64,000 nt of DNA, taken from positions 1,312,001 to 1,376,000 of the forward strand of contig CBDDIJ010000003.1 of the NCBI GenBank assembly GCA_965228855.1, in the 5' to 3' direction. Positions within the stretch are counted from its first letter, which is position 1; each line of letters opens with the position of its first letter. Source of the DNA: Candidatus Obscuribacterales bacterium. GTDB lineage: Bacteria > Cyanobacteriota > Vampirovibrionia > Obscuribacterales > Obscuribacteraceae. The notes beneath the pieces were generated by a model. The model saw only the letters and a list, made by a program, of their open reading frames with translations, ran no database searches and was not told the DNA's origin. A program made the translations under genes and the position numbers. Positions 58,137-64,000 of this stretch are shown here, in pieces.

Positions 58137-60917
58137 TTGTCTGTGACTACGCAAGCTGAACTTTGCGACATCTGTGGTCAGCCAAAATCTTCTGGTTTGA
58201 CTGGCAGTTTCACCCAATGGGTGAATTCGTGTCGATGCGAAGTGTTAGACAATGAGAAGTCGAATGTCCAGATATGTGGTCTTTGCGGAAAACAGTTAGA
58301 TGCTGGAAACACTGGGAGTTTCACACAGTGGGTTCTTCAACCTCAGAACTGCTCTTGCGCTAATCCGGTCGTTCTTGAATCAAACGGTGATGGCGACAGC
58401 GCAAATTCCGAAGAGTCAAAATCAACATCCGCTCGACAGCCTGATCGTCCTACCGGTGAGATTGGAGATCTTAACGCCAGCAACTTTCCTGTCTCGAGAT
58501 ACAAGCCAATCAGCATGCTCGGTATGGGCGGCGGTGGACTCGTCTATTTGTGCTTCGACAAGCATCTTCGCAAGAACGTTGCTGTGAAAATTTTGAGGGT
58601 GACTCAACCAGAACAGATTGTCCAGTTTCAAGCTGAGGCAAAAGTTACGGCCAAGTTCAAACATCCAAACATTGTGTCTATATTGGACTTCGGTTCAACT
58701 GACACAGGGGCACCGTTTATGGTGCTGGAATATGTTGAGGGCAAATCACTCGATGTGCTAATTCAGGAGAGAGGTCCGCTACCTGAGCTGGTTGCTGCTG
58801 AACTTTTTATTCAGATTGCTGAGGCGATCGAGAAAGGTCATGAGTATGGAATTTTTCATCGTGACATTAAAAGCTCCAACATAATAATTTCACAGTCAAA
58901 AAACAATGCGCAAGCCAGAGTCATCGACTTCGGAATCGCTATGGTGGCATCCTCAGAAGACGTCGATTTCCATGGGAAACATTTGGTCGGAACGCCTAAA
59001 TATATGTCTCCGGACCAGATTGCAGGCCGAACATTTGATGCGCGCTCAGACCTGTACTCTTTCGGGTGTGTGATGTACGAGACTCTTCTGGGCCGGTTGC
59101 CGTTCTCCGGCAATGCTATGGCGTTACTGGAGAAGCATTCTAATGCAAAACCTCCTGCATTCGCTGAGATGTCTCCGGATGCAGACATCTCGCAGACTAT
59201 GGAGAGAGTGGTGTTGCGTTGCCTGGAAAAGCATCCTGATGCTCGCTATCAAAGCTTTTCTGATTTGAAATCTGCTCTGCAAAATATAGCGAAAGATGAC
59301 TTGCTAAGTGTTTCCTCTGTTCAGCGTGTTTTGTCGGAAGACAATTTAGTTGACGTGAGTCAGAATTCGAACGGAATCACAGAATCAGAAGCAGACTATC
59401 AGAACAGGAGGGGCACCAAATATGGTATCAGCACTTCCGGTGATAAAGTAAAGCCGGACCAGGCGAGCCAGTTGATTTTAGCTCTTCTTGCTATTCTGGG
59501 CGTTGGTTTGATATCGTTCGTTGGTTATCTGTTGTTGAGACCTGACGAAACAGAGGACTCAAGAATAGTGAGCTCTGCGATTAACGGAACGTCTGACCAG
59601 CATCTTGACGCTGCCGGTCGACCTCAGGATGAAGAAGATAGTGTTGGGAGTTTTGATGGTTTCCACGAATTAGCGCCCCTGAATGCACAAGCAATCAAGC
59701 TCGAGAAAGCTTTTAAATATGCCGCCTCCGAGTCTGCTTACACTCGCGCTATCTCTTTAGACGAAGGCAACTCGCAGTGGTACCGCTTTCGTGGTTTGTC
59801 CAGAATGTACCAGGGCAAGTTCGAAGAAGCCCTTGGAGATTTCAACACGGCCATCCGACTTAAGGCTTCAGACGACAATTTCAGAGCGCGGGCCGAATAC
59901 TACATGAACGCGGGAAATTATACCAAGGCGGAAGCTGACATCATTTCTGCAATTTCCGAAGGACCAAATGCCGTAAATAACTACATTGTTCAGGCTCGGA
60001 TAAATTCAGATATGGTCGACAACTCCAACGTTCAACTGGAGCGTGCCCTACGAGCCACTGATAGAGCTTTGCACCTGGAGCCGGAGCGAATTGAAACACA
60101 GGCTCAGCGTTTGATTGTGGAAGCCAGGCTGAAAAAGGACAAATCAATTACCGAGAGAACCTCGCATGAAATAGCTGCTAAGGGCTCTAATAATGCTTTC
60201 TCACTTTATTGCCTGGCTAGGTATTCGGAGTTAACTGGTGATTGGAATTCTGCTTTAAAATGGGTGTCCCGTGCGATCATCCTGAACCCGACTTCGTGGA
60301 AATCATACGAGTTGCGCGCCGATACCCTTAAAAAGCTTGCGCTGGAAGCCAAGCAAGGGAAGGAAGTGCAGTATGACGACCAGGTTCTTTCGGCAGCCGA
60401 TTGTAAAAGTCGAGCTATGAGCGATTACTACAAGGCGACCTCACTGAATCCGCTAAATGCGAAACTGCTTGTGGAGGTCGCGAAGTTCCATCGTGAGCTT
60501 AATCAGGTTGAAAGTGAAATCAAATATCTGTCGCAGGCGATCGAACTCGAACCTAACCAGGCGGATCTCTACAGGCTGCGTGCTGATGCGAAGCACCGAG
60601 CCGTTATGAATGAGGATGCGGTAGAAGATTGCGAGACCGCAATTGCACTCGGGGAAATTAACCCTGATGTGTATTTGCTGAAGGCCAACTCGCTGGTCGA
60701 CCTCAATCGTCCGCAAGAGGCGGAGCGTGCTTTTTCACAGAGCATTAAGCTGGATGCAGCTAATGCCGATGTGTACTTGTACCGCGCGAAGTTCCGGAGG
60801 CAGCGACGCGAGTACACAAAAGCAGTCGAAGACTACGAGAAAGTTCTACAGCTTAGACCTGGTGAGCAAGATGCTCTAGCTGGAAAGCGTCTTGCGCTAG
60901 AGGAGATGAAAGAGTAA
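58137..60917 (+). CDS. Ser/Thr kinase with duplicated N-terminal Cys motifs, TM and TPR domain
   Basis: CxxC...GSFTQWV...CxC twice; GMGGGG, HRDIKSSN, DFG; TM; about 9 TPRs. Confidence 0.92.
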   Translation: MSVTTQAELCDICGQPKSSGLTGSFTQWVNSCRCEVLDNEKSNVQICGLCGKQLDAGNTGSFTQWVLQPQNCSCANPVVLESNGDGDSANSEESKSTSARQPDRPTGEIGDLNASNFPVSRYKPISMLGMGGGGLVYLCFDKHLRKNVAVKILRVTQPEQIVQFQAEAKVTAKFKHPNIVSILDFGSTDTGAPFMVLEYVEGKSLDVLIQERGPLPELVAAELFIQIAEAIEKGHEYGIFHRDIKSSNIIISQSKNNAQARVIDFGIAMVASSEDVDFHGKHLVGTPKYMSPDQIAGRTFDARSDLYSFGCVMYETLLGRLPFSGNAMALLEKHSNAKPPAFAEMSPDADISQTMERVVLRCLEKHPDARYQSFSDLKSALQNIAKDDLLSVSSVQRVLSEDNLVDVSQNSNGITESEADYQNRRGTKYGISTSGDKVKPDQASQLILALLAILGVGLISFVGYLLLRPDETEDSRIVSSAINGTSDQHLDAAGRPQDEEDSVGSFDGFHELAPLNAQAIKLEKAFKYAASESAYTRAISLDEGNSQWYRFRGLSRMYQGKFEEALGDFNTAIRLKASDDNFRARAEYYMNAGNYTKAEADIISAISEGPNAVNNYIVQARINSDMVDNSNVQLERALRATDRALHLEPERIETQAQRLIVEARLKKDKSITERTSHEIAAKGSNNAFSLYCLARYSELTGDWNSALKWVSRAIILNPTSWKSYELRADTLKKLALEAKQGKEVQYDDQVLSAADCKSRAMSDYYKATSLNPLNAKLLVEVAKFHRELNQVESEIKYLSQAIELEPNQADLYRLRADAKHRAVMNEDAVEDCETAIALGEINPDVYLLKANSLVDLNRPQEAERAFSQSIKLDAANADVYLYRAKFRRQRREYTKAVEDYEKVLQLRPGEQDALAGKRLALEEMKE

Positions 60918-60929
60918 AAGAATCCGCAT

Positions 60930-62036
60930 CTACGAGGAATTTTGATTAGATTCGATTGGGATGGTGAAACAAAATTCGCTGCCGCTACCATTGGTGCTTT
61001 CGACCCAGATTTTTCCTCTGTGCTTTTCAACCAGACCCTTGCAGATTGAAAGACCGAGACCCACTCCCCGTCTTTTCGTTTCCTTCGGCTGCTCTAATTG
61101 TTTGTATCGTTCGAAGATAGCTGTGCGAAGATGGTCAGGCACACCGGGACCCTGGTCTCTTACTTTGAAGAGCACGTCGGTTCCGTGTAGTCCTGCCGTT
61201 ACGAAGACCGCTGCACCTGCGGGCGAAAATTTGATCGCATTGCCTATCAAGTTGCAAATTATTCGAACGACCCGGTCCTCATCTGCAATCAGCGCATCAT
61301 TCGTGATCTCTTTTATCAAAGTAACATTGCTGGCATTTGCTGTGCCCTGACACGAATCCAACGCCTTGTCCACGATTCTTTGTGTGGTCGTCGGCTGGAC
61401 ATCGAGTTGGAAATCTCCTGAATCAATTTGCTCAGAATCGAGCAGATCGTTTACCAGAGAAACCATTAGATTGATACTCGATTCTGCTCGGTTAACATTC
61501 TTCCTGAACTTTTCCGAAACCTCTCCAAAGGTGCCTGCGACGATCATCTGCAAGAACAAACCCATTGAAGACAACGGAGTTCTCAAATCATGGCTTACCA
61601 TGGCAAGAAAGTCCTGTCGGAGTCGTTCCAAGCGATGGCGCTCGGTTACATCCTGTAGATGTGCAAAAATCAAATCGTCTTGCCATTCGTTCACATAGAT
61701 CTCGACCGGAATGCGTTCACCGCTTTTCTTCAATGCCATCGTCCGTAGTGGCTCCGGTGTGTAGTCCAGCCGCTCCAATTCAGGGAATACCAGACCGATT
61801 TTTTTCCCTTTCAGTTCCCTCGGCTCGTTGTATTCCAGTAGCTGTCGCCCCACCGCGTTAATGGTTTCAATTCGCTGTTGGCGGTTTATCACAATAAGAC
61901 CCAGTGGAATAGAATGCAGAATCTTGCGAATCCGCTCTCCTTGATCCGCAAGCGCTGCTGCCTGCTTTTTTACGAGCGCGCGCAGCTCATCCTGCGTTTG
62001 TAGAGTTTGAGCTGAGTTTCCTGGATAATCAGGCAT
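60930..62036 (-). CDS. PAS-domain sensor histidine kinase
   Basis: PAS, SHDLRTPL, NLIGNAIKFS, DQGPG, GVGLGL, GSEF. Confidence 0.93.
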   Translation of the reverse strand: MPDYPGNSAQTLQTQDELRALVKKQAAALADQGERIRKILHSIPLGLIVINRQQRIETINAVGRQLLEYNEPRELKGKKIGLVFPELERLDYTPEPLRTMALKKSGERIPVEIYVNEWQDDLIFAHLQDVTERHRLERLRQDFLAMVSHDLRTPLSSMGLFLQMIVAGTFGEVSEKFRKNVNRAESSINLMVSLVNDLLDSEQIDSGDFQLDVQPTTTQRIVDKALDSCQGTANASNVTLIKEITNDALIADEDRVVRIICNLIGNAIKFSPAGAAVFVTAGLHGTDVLFKVRDQGPGVPDHLRTAIFERYKQLEQPKETKRRGVGLGLSICKGLVEKHRGKIWVESTNGSGSEFCFTIPIESNQNSS

Positions 62037-63870
62037 TTTTCCTCAGATTTTCCTGGTCTTGGCTGGTGCTGTCGTCGCTCGAATCGTCTGTAGTTGAACC
62101 TTTCTTGGATTCTAATCTGGAGAGCTTCAGGTTACGAAGCATTGACTCGATTGCTGTGCCATTTTTAATAGCGTCGATGGAATACCCTCTGGCGCGTAAT
62201 ACGTTTAAAACCGTTAGTGGGGTAGTATTCAGAATGCGAGCCAATCTGTTCAGTCGCGAATCGTCAAATGACTTAGTGCGCTTGGCCTCGCTAAAACCGT
62301 TCGATAGAGTCGGTTGCCCATCTATTGCATGCACGGGCAGCATCGAATCAAGACCGATGTGTTTCGCTCGATAGTCAATTATGCCGTCGGCATCGGCCAT
62401 GAATTGAACTTCAACTTTAGTTTCTCCCGCCGTGGTTGGTGGGCAATTGCTCACGGTCACGTCAGCGAGCGTCGCTTTCTCCGTGGAACCTTGCAGCACA
62501 TGCATGTTCACTGTCGCGGTCGGGGACTCGCATTTGTGGTATGCGGTGACAGGCAAAGGAGTCGCACGCGCGATCACTTGCTTGAGTTCACCGCTGGTCT
62601 CCTCGACCCAAACCGGCTCGGAAATGACATCCCAGACCACGTAGTCGCGAACGCTGTGGTTGAGAAGTGCCGCTTGAAGTGCGGCGCCGCAGACAGGGTA
62701 AGTGTTTGGGCTTGCTGGAAAAATTGTAGCGTTAGAGAATCTGTCATAGAATCTCCTGAAGAAAGGCGTCAGAGTGCGCGTGTCACCAAGCAGCAATATC
62801 TGATCGATTTGATTCGCCTGCGTTTTCGAGTCTTCGATGACTTGATCTACGACACTCAAAGTCCTGGCGATAATTGGTTCAATTAACTCGTGATACTCTG
62901 ACAACGAAATCGAAGCCATGAGATAGGCGTGCGTTTTCGAGCGTACGTTCGGACCAGTCGCCTGAACGTCCAGATTTGTCACACGCACATGAGCCAGACC
63001 GGCTGTATGCAGGTCATAGATCGCTTGTTCTGCTGCACGAATCAGTTTCCAAATCGTTGCTGGAGTGCGTTCCATCTTGTGACCAGAATCGGACTCGAAG
63101 GTTTCCACCATCCAATGAACCATTTCGGCTACAAATGCTTCGCCGGCGAGCGCATCATTACCAATAGTCGCTTTTACCTCCAATAGTCCGTGCTGAAATT
63201 CCATTACTGATGCCGCAAATGTGCCGGCTCCGAGATGGTAAACCAGAATTTTCATGTTGGAATCGCGGCGCAATTCTTGATAGCAGTGATAAAATGCCGC
63301 AGCTGTGGGTTCGTTTATCAATTGCAATATATTCACGCCTGCGGCTTCACCTGCCGCTCTGAGCAGTTTTCTTTGATTACTCGTAAAAGTGACCGGCACA
63401 GTGAGAACGGCTTTGCTGACTGGTCTCGCCAAACTCGCTGTGGCTATGTTGATCATTCTTTTGATCAATAATTCGGTAAACATTTCCGCGCTGTAGAAGC
63501 CGCATTCAGCCTCGACAAACCAGTCCGTTCCAATCAGTTTTCTGAAGTGCTGAATGACGTTTACTGTGTCTGATGTTGGATGCCGACCGACGACAAGATT
63601 TCCATTAGACAATCGACCCGCAATAGAAGGCACTTGATTGGACGAAAACGAATCGAATTTGTCACCTTCAAAGGTGGCAACACGCGAAAACTTCGACCCT
63701 ATATCTATTCCAACCAGAGCATGTCCGGCCTGACCTGTCGCGACAAGGTAGGGCGGAGGCATGCCAGAATCCGGTCCACCCCGTTGGAGAAGCGGCTCCG
63801 AGGGATATCTTGGATTTGCTAGGTAGTCTTCCGTTTCAAAGCAGATTAAGGACCGCTGCTTTTGTTTCAA
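62029..63870 (-). CDS. Divergent Hsp70/DnaK-family protein
   Basis: GIDIGS, AVLTVPVTF, LINEPTAAA, GAALQA; several ATPase motifs altered; GGAGAGG RBS before TTG. Confidence 0.85.
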   Translation of the reverse strand: MKQKQRSLICFETEDYLANPRYPSEPLLQRGGPDSGMPPPYLVATGQAGHALVGIDIGSKFSRVATFEGDKFDSFSSNQVPSIAGRLSNGNLVVGRHPTSDTVNVIQHFRKLIGTDWFVEAECGFYSAEMFTELLIKRMINIATASLARPVSKAVLTVPVTFTSNQRKLLRAAGEAAGVNILQLINEPTAAAFYHCYQELRRDSNMKILVYHLGAGTFAASVMEFQHGLLEVKATIGNDALAGEAFVAEMVHWMVETFESDSGHKMERTPATIWKLIRAAEQAIYDLHTAGLAHVRVTNLDVQATGPNVRSKTHAYLMASISLSEYHELIEPIIARTLSVVDQVIEDSKTQANQIDQILLLGDTRTLTPFFRRFYDRFSNATIFPASPNTYPVCGAALQAALLNHSVRDYVVWDVISEPVWVEETSGELKQVIARATPLPVTAYHKCESPTATVNMHVLQGSTEKATLADVTVSNCPPTTAGETKVEVQFMADADGIIDYRAKHIGLDSMLPVHAIDGQPTLSNGFSEAKRTKSFDDSRLNRLARILNTTPLTVLNVLRARGYSIDAIKNGTAIESMLRNLKLSRLESKKGSTTDDSSDDSTSQDQENLRKNA

Positions 63871-64000
63871 GCTTCCTCTCCACCATTGATTTGACCACTG
63901 GGCGTAGAACCAGTATGACAGAAGCGGAAACTTTCTGACGGAAATTAATCAGCACGTGTCTCTGCTACGAAGTCGATCTGAGTGCCACCATCCGCCGAAT

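Noticed and set aside
1..64000. Cyanobacterial HIP1 (GCGATCGC) enrichment
   Set aside because: Only occasional copies were seen by eye; not counted formally.
63940..64000. Possible 3' end of an upstream minus-strand gene (...SADGGTQIDFVAETRAD*)
   Set aside because: Too short to support a call.

Overview
64 kb of gene-dense bacterial chromosome with no rRNA, canonical CRISPR-cas locus or prophage. Gene content (four Hanks-type Ser/Thr kinases, many TPR proteins, a DUF4388 protein, a TadE-like protein, an intronless tRNA-Leu(UAA)) resembles non-photosynthetic Cyanobacteriota such as Vampirovibrionia/Obscuribacterales; this is inference only. Recognisable genes: two MBOAT + SGNH/DltD-like acylation pairs, a class D beta-lactamase, an FAH hydrolase, rhodanese and MBL-rhodanese, M1 aminopeptidase, patatin, ppc, mltG, two-component genes and a degenerate Hsp70. 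Highlights: (1) two ORFs at 26080-27270 are one frame split by an in-frame UGA in a GALDDRFC-U motif resembling eukaryotic selenoprotein N, with a bacterial SECIS-like hairpin just downstream; (2) a three-gene candidate ubiquitin-like operon (small protein ending in Gly, Cys-motif protein, ThiF/E1) at 53.4-55.3 kb; (3) a tandem array of 38-bp palindromes next to an IS1595-derived gene apparently lacking its catalytic core, with the same palindrome recurring at 1.6-2.0 kb alternating with a second, 50-bp palindrome; (4) an orphan Dnmt2-like methyltransferase; (5) a PrsW-kinase fusion; (6) a long disordered protein with regularly spaced Trp. All calls come from manual motif reading; no database searches were run.
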